Source: Porphyridium purpureum (lineage: Eukaryota). From it: a stretch of 64,000 nt of DNA. The notes under the pieces were generated by a model. It was not told the origin of the DNA. It saw nothing but the letters and a program-made list of their open reading frames with translations, and ran no database searches. The position numbers and the translations under genes are program-made. Positions 10,527-20,176 of this stretch are shown one piece after another (within the stretch, counting starts at the first letter, position 1; every line of letters starts with the position of its first letter). The stretch spans positions 372,001-436,000 of the forward strand of contig VRMN01000004.1 of assembly GCA_008690995.1 (NCBI GenBank), written 5' to 3'.

Positions 10527-11287
10527 CCTGTGCGCCTCTGTGCTGCCGGCCTGTTCGCCGCTGCGTTCCTAAATCCCGAGCACCGCTATCACCCACGACG
10601 CGCAAACACACGCTCGAGTACACGCGACCGCACACCGCGCTCCGTTTGTTTCCCGCTCCTGTGTCGTCTCCCCCCCGCCCGCTCCGACCGCGCTCCTTTT
10701 TTCTCTCGAACACACGCACATCCCACAACCACCACCTAACCTTTGACCCACTGCGACATCCCTCGCCACTCGCCCTGCCAATTGAGTCGCCAACTTCGAG
10801 CCGTCATCGCAGGTGTACACTATGAAACCCTAGCTTCACGTTGCGGCATGAACCTTCCGTAGCAAAAACGTGCCGTCTTGATAAGAAGCAAGTGCAGCGG
10901 CGAATCGGTTAACGGTCTACCGACTCATGACGCCACTAAGCCGCAACCGGGAACGGATAAGCAGCGTGGCTGAAAAGTTTGACTACTGATGACGGCTGCG
11001 GGCGTCGGTCAGTGGCTCGACCCCGGAAGAAAGGTGTGCGTCGGTATCGACTCTGCGCATGAAGCGCGACGCACAGCATGGCGTTCACGATGGTTGTGGG
11101 TTCGCAAATGAGTGCTGGTTGGCCAACGTCGTACGTTCAACGCTGGTGTGAAAACCTGGTTTTCGGTTCGCGGTTCACGTCAGGCGCGGCGCAATTTCAA
11201 AGTAACCGTTGTGTCATCAAAGGATAAGTCACTGTACCCCATCCTCGAATCGTTCACTGTACCCACCGTCGCTTTTGAAGCCTGGAT

Positions 11288-12084
11288 CGTGGAATTTTAG
11301 GGTTCCGCCCCGAGAGACGCCGTAGGGTTTTGAGTACAAAACCCTAGAAAGTTCTATGATGAAAGATTGTTCGAGAAGCGTGATGATCTCGGACCTGCGA
11401 AATGTTTGTCATTGTCGTTTTGTGTGACCTTGTGCAAAGGTCAAAGGCCGGCCGAAGCTTCTGGATTCGTTCTTGACGCGCCTTCCCGGCCATTTTTCGG
11501 ATACGTGGCCGGCTGTGGTTGCGAGTTGTGGAACGAATCAAAACCTGTGGTGGAAATTCGTCCTGTTGGAGAAATTTGTTCTCCCGTCCTTGCTGGAAAG
11601 AGCAAGGACGAAGGGTATAAAAGGACGAAGGGGCAAGCTGGTTCCCAGGAATTTCCAGGTCAAGGTAGAAGAAGAGGTAAGGGCAAATAGAATAAAAAGA
11701 GAATTGGTTAGTTGGATTGAGGCAGTCGTTGGAAGACTTGGGTTGGATTTGCGGGAGAGGCACGCTAGCGTGTTGTGCGAGCGGATATCGGTCTGGAGTG
11801 TTTTTAAAAAGGCAGCTGGGGTTTAAACGTACCTTCCATCACCCTTCACTTGTCAAGACCGGTCCACTCCCTCTCGTAGTCCCCTATAAGTTGAATTTTC
11901 TGTCCTCTCTTCCTTTCTAGCCACTTTTCTCTGATTGTCCTGCTTGTCCTTCCGTTCGTTTCGGTGTGTCGGTTCGTCGTCGGTTTGTCAGTTTCCGGGG
12001 TGTGGCGGTTTCCAGTTCCTGTTATCGGTGAAGCGGTCCGGTTTTGTTGATTCGGTTACAAAGCAGAAAGGGAGAAATTCCAAG
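11288..12084 (+). repeat. 5' LTR of copy 1
   Basis: Direct repeat of 16252-17048; one mismatch seen (G12036 vs A17000); TATAAAA at 11616 and AATAAA at 11691. Confidence 0.96.
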
Positions 12085-12102
12085 TGGTATCATCGCCCGG
12101 TT
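12085..12102 (+). other. Primer-binding site (initiator tRNA-Met)
   Basis: TGGTATCATCGCCCGGTT directly abuts the LTR; TGGTATCA core; final TT fits the A-rich T-loop of eukaryotic tRNAi. Confidence 0.85.
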
Positions 12103-12113
12103 GTTTGGAGAAA

Positions 12114-13061
12114 ATGGAAAGCCATGAAATGGAAATGAATGTCCCGCAGGAGAATGCGGCATGGATTGAGGCAGCTAATCAGCTGCATGCGCGCATTGCG
12201 GGACAGGAGATGATGATGGCACAAGTGCAGGAAGCGAATCGTAACCTCCATGAAATGATGCATGTTTTGTTGCGCCAGCAGACCGTGGCGTCTGGGTCTG
12301 GTGACAACGATCGTGCCATGGCCGCGTTAATTGGGCGCAGTTTGAGAAAGTTTGATGGTCAGCGTGACAAGCTCGTTGTCAATGAATGGCTGATGCGAAT
12401 GAAGAGCGACCTGGATATCTGCATGCCCGCAGATGCTTTGGACTCGCAGAAAGTGATTGTTGCAAGTCGCTTTTTCGAGAGGGACGCAGCGCTGCTTTGG
12501 GCAGCTCGTCCGGAGGAGCAGAGAAAGGGCCTTGCAGAGGCCGGATGGGATGCGTTCGCAAACTTCGTGCGCACAGCGTTTGAGCCGCCGCAGGCGCATT
12601 TGACAGCGCGCACCAATCTGTATCAGTTGAAGCAAGGGAAAATGACGGTCGCAGAATTTGAGCAGAATCTCAGGATGACAGCGTTATCAGTTGAAGATGT
12701 GACAGATGCAGAACTGAACACCATCTTCACGCTGGGCTTGAAGGAGAAACTGCGTATTGAGGTGGCCCGTCAGGACACAAGGACCTTGGAAGAATCACTG
12801 AAAGTTGCGTTGGCAGCTGAGCAGGTTGCAAAGTTCGGAGGAGATATGAGTCAAGTGATCAAGAACTCGTCATCGACTCATAGCAGGGCGTTCTCGTCGC
12901 ATTCTGGTAGCGCACCAATGGATTTGGGAGCCATGGACAAGCGGAAGTCTGGCAAGACCAAAGTGAAGTGTTACCATTGTGGAGAACGTGGACACATTAA
13001 GCCCAAATGCCCTAAATTGAAGGAGCGCTTGGCAGGTGGTCCGCCAGAGCCGGAAAACTAA
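12114..13061 (+). CDS. gag: Retrotransposon Gag (copy 1)
   Basis: Retrotrans_gag-like core (LYQLKQGKMTVAEF..F..GLK), APMDLG, CCHC knuckle CYHCGERGHIKPKC. Confidence 0.92.
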   Translation: MESHEMEMNVPQENAAWIEAANQLHARIAGQEMMMAQVQEANRNLHEMMHVLLRQQTVASGSGDNDRAMAALIGRSLRKFDGQRDKLVVNEWLMRMKSDLDICMPADALDSQKVIVASRFFERDAALLWAARPEEQRKGLAEAGWDAFANFVRTAFEPPQAHLTARTNLYQLKQGKMTVAEFEQNLRMTALSVEDVTDAELNTIFTLGLKEKLRIEVARQDTRTLEESLKVALAAEQVAKFGGDMSQVIKNSSSTHSRAFSSHSGSAPMDLGAMDKRKSGKTKVKCYHCGERGHIKPKCPKLKERLAGGPPEPEN

Positions 13062-13113
13062 GACCTCGAGAGCCAAGACAGGAGGAGATCTCGAGGGGAA
13101 TGGAGCCTCCTGT
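13052..13113 (+). other. Predicted -1 ribosomal frameshift signal (slippery heptamer plus H-type pseudoknot)
   Basis: G_GAA_AAC at 13052-13058; stem 1 CCTCGAGA/TCTCGAGG; stem 2 ACAGGAGG/CCTCCTGT. Confidence 0.8.
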
Positions 13114-16100
13114 AATGGGTGTTGTGGAAGGTGTTGCGCACGAGGGTGCGAGGTCAAGGCTCTTCTACAAACATGGGAAAGTGAGTGGTTCAAAAATCGA
13201 CTTCTTGATTGACAGTGGAGCGTCGCATAATTTCCTGGGGTCCCGATTCTTGGACGCAAGCGTAAAGTCCAGTTGCGATGAATGCATGGTCGAGCTTGCG
13301 GGAGGACAGAGAATGAAGGTGCACGGCCCCATTGTGCTTGCGGTGGACCTCGGTTTCTGGATAGGGAACGTCGAGTTTTATATCGGTCCCATTCGTATGG
13401 ATGCCATCTTAGGGTGGAAATGGCTCAAGATGGTGAATCCTAAGATTGATTGGCAGAAGGGACTGATGGAAACGAGGCCCGAGGGGAAGGAAATATGCAC
13501 GTTGGAAAATGTTGAAGAAGTGGTTCCCGAGCTTGACGGGAAAAATCAGAGCGTGGCTGCTTCGGAACACGAGTTGACTCACATGCCTATGCAAAGAGAC
13601 TGTGAGACGTGTGTCGTGGCGAAGATAAAGCGACGCCCGGCCCGAAGGCTGGAGAAAGATGTCAGTGCATTGTCATTCAATGATGAAGTCGGAATTGACT
13701 TGGTGGAGCCTGGGCGAAATGTGAAGTCGGTAGATGGTTCAAAGTTTATTTTGACGCATATCGACAGAGCCACAGGATGGGTGACATTGGCGGGGCTACG
13801 TGCGAAAACCCACACGGCGGTTGCGGACGCTTGGAAAAGTGTGCAAGCCGGGAGAGGATGGCCGAAGGTTTTGCGAACGGATGATGGGAATGAGTTCAAG
13901 GGAGATGTGGGGAGACTGGTGCGTGAACACCTCATAAAGCACGAGGTGGGGATTCCGTACAGGCCAAACAGTCATGCTGAACAGGAGCGGTTTCACCACA
14001 CGCTGAATCAGGGAATCCGTGCGAATCTTGTGCAGGCCGGACTCGGGAAGCGTTGGTTCATGCACGCCGCGCAGCATTTTGCGTTCATGACGAATAGACT
14101 TCACGTGGGCAGGAAGTCTGGAAAGACGCCGTTTGAATTACGACATGGTGAAAAATGGTCGCCGAGAAATCTTAGTTTGCCATTCGGGTGCAAGGTGGTC
14201 TACAAAGATGATCAGCCTGACAATAAGTATGCACCGCGAGGAAAAGTTGGCATTCTCGTCGGCGTTGGAGAGCATCCGATGGCAATTTTGGTGCTTCCTC
14301 GGGATGACTGGACGAGTGAGACCCCAAAAGTAATTCGCACTCAGGATTTTAAGGCATTTACCCATGAGTTCCCTTTAAAGGGAATTGAACGAGAGGTGGT
14401 GAGCCTGAGCCAGCAGGAAGAGTTGCCAGAAGTGGACGAACCATCCGCGGTTGAAGCGGTGCAGGACTTGGATCGTCGTATCGATGCTCTCAGAGCTAGA
14501 GAAGCGGAGCTTGAGAAAGAGATCGAGGCATTGAAAGTGAGAGTGGTTGACGAAGAACGGGCAGCAGGCACGGGTGGTCCAGTGACGATCCCACAGTTGA
14601 ACTTAACGACTTTGCTGAAAACTGGAGCGGCGTTGGCGTCTGAGCAAGGACGAGCCGCGATGGAAAAAGAAGTCAAATCCATGCTGAAATTTGGGGTATG
14701 GGATGAGAGTCCCTTGACGCTGGAGGAGGCCCGGAGGCAACCTGGTGCTCGTTTCGTACGCACACATTTCATTTTCGGTCTGAAATTTGCTGAGATGCCG
14801 GAAGAATTTCGCAAGGTGAAGTGCCGCTTGGTGGCCGGGGGAAACAGGATATGGGGGTCCGATGGAGCTGCGACGAATGACATTTTTGATTATGAGACGC
14901 CTGCTGGTTTGTCAGCTATCCGAATGATAATAGCTGTGGCTGCAATTCTGGGCCTTCAGATTGTTAGTTTCGACATCAGCTCGGCATACCTCCATGCGGA
15001 CCTGTCTGGGCCACCTACGTTTGCATACTTACCGCGTGAAATTTGTGATTCAAAAGACACAGTAGTCAGGCTGAGAAAGGCGCTGTATGGCTTGCCCAGG
15101 AGCGGCTCGGATTTCTCACAAGATGCTCGGAGGAGATTGCAAAAGTTCCAGTGGAAGCTCGTGCATGGTGAAAAGAATGTGTACGTCCGGAGAAATGCTG
15201 CAAGTTCGTCAGTTGCGTTGTTGGCTCTGTACGTGGATGATGGTCTATTAGCCTGTCGAGAGGAGGAACGCCCAGGAATCATCGAAGAATTGAAACAAGA
15301 GTTTCTCATAGAAAAAGCACCAGAACTATTGACGGAAGGAGGATCCTTGAGATTCCTGGGGACGAGCATTTCCCTCAAAAATGGGAGCGTGAGTTTGGCG
15401 AATCAAGAGTATCAAGATGTGGTCATTCGGGAATTTGAGCAGGATATTAGACGCGTATTGCGTGCCGTGAAGTCACCATCTGAGAAGCTAGATGGCGAGG
15501 AAGTTCTGAATTATCAAGTCATCTGGAAGACTTTGAAAGTAAGAGAACACGTCGGGAGGCTGATGTGGCTCGCCAGAACGGTTCGACCTGATATTGCGTA
15601 TGCAGTCGGTATGATTGCCCGGTACGTTGACAAGTGGAATGTGGCAGCAGAAAGGCTGCTCGTACGAGTCGTGCAGTATTTGAAAACACCTCGGGAAGCA
15701 TTGGAGTATCACGTGTTGGGGAATCTCAAGGAAGGCATCAGAGGGGTGAACATTCTTGGATACACGGATGCTGACTTTGCTGGTTGTCCAGAGAGTCGTG
15801 TGTCGACTTCTGGAAGAGCAACGTACTTAGTTGCTGGAGATTACAAGTACCTAGTGGATTGGTCTTCGAGAAAGCAGCGTTTCGTGAGCTCGTCGACTTC
15901 AGAGTCGGAGTTGGCTGCCCTAGAGGAAACTGTGCAACTCTCGTTGTTTCCTGCATTGTCTTTCTTGCGAAGTATACGTGACGGAGAGTTCTCGGTGATT
16001 TTGATGTGTGACAATCAAGCTGTGATGCGAGCAATAGAGATGGGGTACTCGCCAAAGTTGCATCATATGGCGATAACCCGAGCAACAGATTTGGCCTGGT

Positions 16101-16264
16101 TGCATCAGGTGTGCGAAAAGCAGAAACTTGTGAAACTGGCATTTGTGAAGACGGACGAAAATGTGGCGGACTTAATGACCAAGGCCTTATTTCCGGAGGG
16201 CCACATTAAGTGCTGGGAGAAGTTACGCGTCCCTCAGACCGGAAGGAGGAGCGTGGAATTTTAG
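13052..16264 (+). CDS. pol: Pol polyprotein PR-IN-RT-RNaseH (copy 1), in -1 frame relative to gag; first ATG at 13100
   Basis: LIDSGASHNF protease; HHCC and DDE integrase; RVT_2 motifs KCRLVA, DISSAYL, KALYGL, YVDD; Copia RNase H motifs GYTDADFAG, CDNQA, ADLMTKAL. Confidence 0.95.
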   Translation, partial: GKLRPREPRQEEISRGMEPPVMGVVEGVAHEGARSRLFYKHGKVSGSKIDFLIDSGASHNFLGSRFLDASVKSSCDECMVELAGGQRMKVHGPIVLAVDLGFWIGNVEFYIGPIRMDAILGWKWLKMVNPKIDWQKGLMETRPEGKEICTLENVEEVVPELDGKNQSVAASEHELTHMPMQRDCETCVVAKIKRRPARRLEKDVSALSFNDEVGIDLVEPGRNVKSVDGSKFILTHIDRATGWVTLAGLRAKTHTAVADAWKSVQAGRGWPKVLRTDDGNEFKGDVGRLVREHLIKHEVGIPYRPNSHAEQERFHHTLNQGIRANLVQAGLGKRWFMHAAQHFAFMTNRLHVGRKSGKTPFELRHGEKWSPRNLSLPFGCKVVYKDDQPDNKYAPRGKVGILVGVGEHPMAILVLPRDDWTSETPKVIRTQDFKAFTHEFPLKGIEREVVSLSQQEELPEVDEPSAVEAVQDLDRRIDALRAREAELEKEIEALKVRVVDEERAAGTGGPVTIPQLNLTTLLKTGAALASEQGRAAMEKEVKSMLKFGVWDESPLTLEEARRQPGARFVRTHFIFGLKFAEMPEEFRKVKCRLVAGGNRIWGSDGAATNDIFDYETPAGLSAIRMIIAVAAILGLQIVSFDISSAYLHADLSGPPTFAYLPREICDSKDTVVRLRKALYGLPRSGSDFSQDARRRLQKFQWKLVHGEKNVYVRRNAASSSVALLALYVDDGLLACREEERPGIIEELKQEFLIEKAPELLTEGGSLRFLGTSISLKNGSVSLANQEYQDVVIREFEQDIRRVLRAVKSPSEKLDGEEVLNYQVIWKTLKVREHVGRLMWLARTVRPDIAYAVGMIARYVDKWNVAAERLLVRVVQYLKTPREALEYHVLGNLKEGIRGVNILGYTDADFAGCPESRVSTSGRATYLVAGDYKYLVDWSSRKQRFVSSSTSESELAALEETVQLSLFPALSFLRSIRDGEFSVILMCDNQAVMRAIEMGYSPKLHHMAITRATDLAWLHQVCEKQKLVKLAFVKTDENVADLMTKALFPEGHIKCWEKLRVPQTGRRSVEF
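16241..16251 (+). other. Polypurine tract (copy 1)
   Basis: GGAAGGAGGAG immediately before the 3' LTR, inside the pol coding sequence. Confidence 0.85.
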
Positions 16265-17048
16265 GGTTCCGCCCCGAGAGACGCCGTAGGGTTTTGAGTA
16301 CAAAACCCTAGAAAGTTCTATGATGAAAGATTGTTCGAGAAGCGTGATGATCTCGGACCTGCGAAATGTTTGTCATTGTCGTTTTGTGTGACCTTGTGCA
16401 AAGGTCAAAGGCCGGCCGAAGCTTCTGGATTCGTTCTTGACGCGCCTTCCCGGCCATTTTTCGGATACGTGGCCGGCTGTGGTTGCGAGTTGTGGAACGA
16501 ATCAAAACCTGTGGTGGAAATTCGTCCTGTTGGAGAAATTTGTTCTCCCGTCCTTGCTGGAAAGAGCAAGGACGAAGGGTATAAAAGGACGAAGGGGCAA
16601 GCTGGTTCCCAGGAATTTCCAGGTCAAGGTAGAAGAAGAGGTAAGGGCAAATAGAATAAAAAGAGAATTGGTTAGTTGGATTGAGGCAGTCGTTGGAAGA
16701 CTTGGGTTGGATTTGCGGGAGAGGCACGCTAGCGTGTTGTGCGAGCGGATATCGGTCTGGAGTGTTTTTAAAAAGGCAGCTGGGGTTTAAACGTACCTTC
16801 CATCACCCTTCACTTGTCAAGACCGGTCCACTCCCTCTCGTAGTCCCCTATAAGTTGAATTTTCTGTCCTCTCTTCCTTTCTAGCCACTTTTCTCTGATT
16901 GTCCTGCTTGTCCTTCCGTTCGTTTCGGTGTGTCGGTTCGTCGTCGGTTTGTCAGTTTCCGGGGTGTGGCGGTTTCCAGTTCCTGTTATCGGTGAAGCGA
17001 TCCGGTTTTGTTGATTCGGTTACAAAGCAGAAAGGGAGAAATTCCAAG
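16252..17048 (+). repeat. 3' LTR of copy 1
   Basis: Repeat of 11288-12084. Confidence 0.96.
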
Positions 17049-17237
17049 TGGATTAGGGGGAAAGGGTGTACAGTGTGTGTGTGCTGGCATCGTGTACAGT
17101 GGTGAGGACGACAAAGGAATGAAACTGAGTGGGAGAAGGCAAGAGCGTAGGAAGAGAGAGAGAGGGAGAGGGAGAAAGGGAAAGGAGTTTGGTTGGGTGT
17201 GGGGTGTGTGGAAGGAAGAGGCGGAGGAGCGAGCGGG

Positions 17238-18515
17238 ATGGCGGAGAAGCCGGAGCACGAGAATGAGGACAAGGAGGTGCGGCCGCTCGATGAGGGCGAC
17301 ATTGCGTTGCTGAAGACGTACGGGCTGGGGCCGTACGCGGCGTCGGTGAGGAAGCTGGAGGACGAAATCAAGGCGCAGGCCACAAAGGTGGATGAGCTGT
17401 CGGGGATCAAGGAGTCAGATACGGGCATGGCGCCGCCGGCGCAGTGGGATTTGGTGCAGGATAAGCAGGTCATGCAGGAGGAGCAGCCGCTGCAGGTCGC
17501 GCGCTGCACAAAGATCATTGACGCAAACACAGACGACGCAAAGTACATGATCAATGTCAAGCAGATTGCAAAGTACGTCGTCGGACTGGGCGAGCGCGTG
17601 GCGCCCACGGATATCGAGGAAGGGATGCGCGTGGGCGTGGAAAGGAACAAGTATCTGATCCAGATCCCGCTGCCGCCCAAGATCGACGCGTCGGTCACCA
17701 TGATGACGGTGGAGGAAAAGCCGGACATTACATACGCCGACGTAGGCGGCGCGAAGGACTCAATTGAGAAAATTCGCGAGGTGGTCGAGCTGCCGCTGTT
17801 GAGCCCGGAGAAATTTGTCGCACTGGGGATCGATCCGCCCAAGGGCGTGCTGCTGTATGGCCCGCCAGGCACGGGCAAAACGCTGCTTGCGCGAGCGGTC
17901 GCAAACCGCACCGACGCGTGCTTTATCCGCGTCATTGGCTCGGAGCTCGTGCAAAAATACACCGGCGAAGGTGCGCGAATGGTGCGGGAGCTGTTCCAAT
18001 TGGCGCGCAGCAAGCGTGCTTGTATTGTATTCTTCGATGAAATCGACGCCATCGGAGGTGCGCGGTTCGACGACGGAGCGGGTGGGGACAACGAAGTGCA
18101 GAGAACCATGCTTGAGATCGTGAACCAGCTGGACGGCTTCGACGCGCGAGGGAATATCAAAGTGGTGATGGCCACAAATCGTCCAGATACGCTAGACCCG
18201 GCGCTGCTTCGGCCCGGGCGTCTCGATCGCAAAATTGAGGTTGGCCTTCCGGATCTCGAAGGCCGCACCCAGATCCTCAAGATTCATGCGCGCAGCATGA
18301 ATTGTGAACGCGACGTGCGATTTGAGCTTCTCGCGCGCCTGTGCCCAAACACAACTGGTGCGGATCTGCGCAGTGTGTGCACGGAGGCCGGTATGTATGC
18401 GATTCGGGCGCGAAGAAAGACTGCCACCGAAAAGGACTTCTTGGAGTCAATCAACAAGGTGATCAAGGGCTATCAGAAGTTTTCGTCAACAGGTCTGTAC
18501 ATGAACTATAATTGA
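17238..18515 (+). CDS. PSMC2: 26S proteasome AAA-ATPase Rpt1
   Basis: [39 protein letters not shown]. Confidence 0.96.
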   Translation: MAEKPEHENEDKEVRPLDEGDIALLKTYGLGPYAASVRKLEDEIKAQATKVDELSGIKESDTGMAPPAQWDLVQDKQVMQEEQPLQVARCTKIIDANTDDAKYMINVKQIAKYVVGLGERVAPTDIEEGMRVGVERNKYLIQIPLPPKIDASVTMMTVEEKPDITYADVGGAKDSIEKIREVVELPLLSPEKFVALGIDPPKGVLLYGPPGTGKTLLARAVANRTDACFIRVIGSELVQKYTGEGARMVRELFQLARSKRACIVFFDEIDAIGGARFDDGAGGDNEVQRTMLEIVNQLDGFDARGNIKVVMATNRPDTLDPALLRPGRLDRKIEVGLPDLEGRTQILKIHARSMNCERDVRFELLARLCPNTTGADLRSVCTEAGMYAIRARRKTATEKDFLESINKVIKGYQKFSSTGLYMNYN

Positions 18516-18874
18516 GACCGTCGTATTTCTCGACAAAAAGCCAAGCAAAACGGAGAAAGTAAATGTAATCGTCGGAGCAAGGTCTGGCGCTCTGCGTCTG
18601 GAGTTCGCACAGCAGCTGGTACAAACAACCTCAAGGCCGATCCAAGCACATGAGAACCGGGAATGGTAAGCTTACACGTGCCGTCTTTACTCAAACTTTC
18701 TGAAAGGTTGCCGGACTCGAAATATATGTTTTGGCTATGCGACATGCTTCACCGACGACTCAGGCCCCGCAATCTCGGGGCACAGATCACTTTTGTTCAT
18801 CTCACGATCGCCGGCTTTCCTCTCCCACCAAAATAAAGGAGCGACAAAGACCTGATTTCATGTCGAACAGACGC

Positions 18875-20176
18875 TTAGATACCTAAAAGGTCGATGCCAT
18901 CCAGCTCGTTTTTGATGGATTCATGTTTCAAAAGCCGCGGATCGGTTGTGATCTCATACTGCGAGTTGGGTCCCACCTCACTTGTCCAGCGGTGATTCAA
19001 GGCCTCCGTGGCTGACAGCCGCAGTTTGGGGTCCTTTCTTAGGAGCCCTGCGATCAAATCCTTCGCATCTTCTGAAACAGTCGCAAAATACTTGACGGGG
19101 AATTCCAGCTCACGATTCATGGCCTCATGAAACGCGAGCTCCTTGGTCTTGCCCACAAACGGAAATTTACCGCTCAGCAAGTAGTATAATGACACACCCA
19201 TCGCCCACATATCTATCTTTGTGTCGTACTGATGGCCGGCGACAATTTCCGGTGCCAGGAAGAATGGCGTGCCCACATGTGTCGCCATCATGTACTCCTC
19301 GTCGTCTTCCATGGCTACCATGCCAGACAAGCCAAAGTCTGTCAGCTTAGCCGTGAGCGGTGGCTCCGTGCCTGTGCACAAAAAGTTGGCCGGTTTGATA
19401 TCGCGATGCACAATTCCCTTCTCGTGGAGGTACTCGAGCGCAGAAAAAAGCTGTGAAAATACATTTGCGACTTCAGCCTCGCCCAGCCTTTTCTGCTTTG
19501 CCAGGCCGTCGAACAGGTCGCCGCCTGCGCAGTATTCCATCACAAAGTAGAGTTTTTCGTCAGTCTCAAATATATCGTACAGGCGCACAATGTTTTTGTG
19601 CCGAATACCGCGCATAATGAAAACTTCGCGTTCGAGATACTTTGTATGCTTTGCGCGCTTATCTGCATCGCCCTTTTCGATAATTTTGATGACATAGTCC
19701 TGGGTATCGTTTTCGTCCCGCGACTTTGCCTTCCGGACCGAGCCAAACGCGCCCACGCCTATTTCCTTTCCGAACATGTAATGCTTCTTGATGCTCTGGT
19801 TGGAAGCGTCTTCGAACGCACGCACCCACGCCTCCTGCTCCTCACTCGAGCTGGCAAACAATTCGAGCTTCCGGTCGGCCATTTCGACAAACAGCTGTCC
19901 TGGCTTGGTGCCGGCGTAAACCTTACACTCCAGCACCGACTTTTCCCAGCTCGGCGGCGCGCCCTGATCCTTGTGCGAGGAGAGGACGGCGCCATGCAGG
20001 CGCAGAAACCGGCGCACTTTCATCTTGGTCGCCTTGCCTGCCTTCATCAAGTAGCCCTCGAGCACGCTTCCCGTGCCATGCCGCAGCTGCGCCGACGCAT
20101 TGAAAGAGCCTCGCCGGTCCATCAGCTCCATCGTCCGATCAGGACGCCGCTTTCCCGCAGCCACTGGGTTCAACAT
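18875..20176 (-). CDS. PH-domain CAMK-group Ser/Thr kinase
   Basis: LEGYLMK...EQEAWVRAF (PH); GVGAFG, HRDIKPAN, DFG, APE; start uncertain. Confidence 0.88.
   Translation of the reverse strand: MLNPVAAGKRRPDRTMELMDRRGSFNASAQLRHGTGSVLEGYLMKAGKATKMKVRRFLRLHGAVLSSHKDQGAPPSWEKSVLECKVYAGTKPGQLFVEMADRKLELFASSSEEQEAWVRAFEDASNQSIKKHYMFGKEIGVGAFGSVRKAKSRDENDTQDYVIKIIEKGDADKRAKHTKYLEREVFIMRGIRHKNIVRLYDIFETDEKLYFVMEYCAGGDLFDGLAKQKRLGEAEVANVFSQLFSALEYLHEKGIVHRDIKPANFLCTGTEPPLTAKLTDFGLSGMVAMEDDEEYMMATHVGTPFFLAPEIVAGHQYDTKIDMWAMGVSLYYLLSGKFPFVGKTKELAFHEAMNRELEFPVKYFATVSEDAKDLIAGLLRKDPKLRLSATEALNHRWTSEVGPNSQYEITTDPRLLKHESIKNELDGIDLLGI

Larger units (their letters stand above)
11288..17048 (+). mobile_element. 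Intact LTR retrotransposon copy 1 (5,761 bp); Copia-order pol
   Basis: 797-bp LTRs, TSD TGGAT (11283-11287 and 17049-17053), PBS, PPT, open gag and pol. Confidence 0.97.

Noticed and set aside
10830..11280. tRNA or other Pol III gene as the insertion target near copy 1
   Set aside because: No cloverleaf or convincing A/B boxes found by eye; tRNAscan-SE/Rfam would be needed to exclude it.
11344..12138. Short ORFs inside the LTRs
   Set aside because: No recognisable domains, mostly non-ATG starts; they recur only because the LTR does.
11290..17046. Canonical TG...CA element boundaries
   Set aside because: Flanks would be GATCG/AGTGG for copy 1 and CAGCG/AGGTC for copy 2, giving no TSD. The CG and AG bases are present on all four LTRs.
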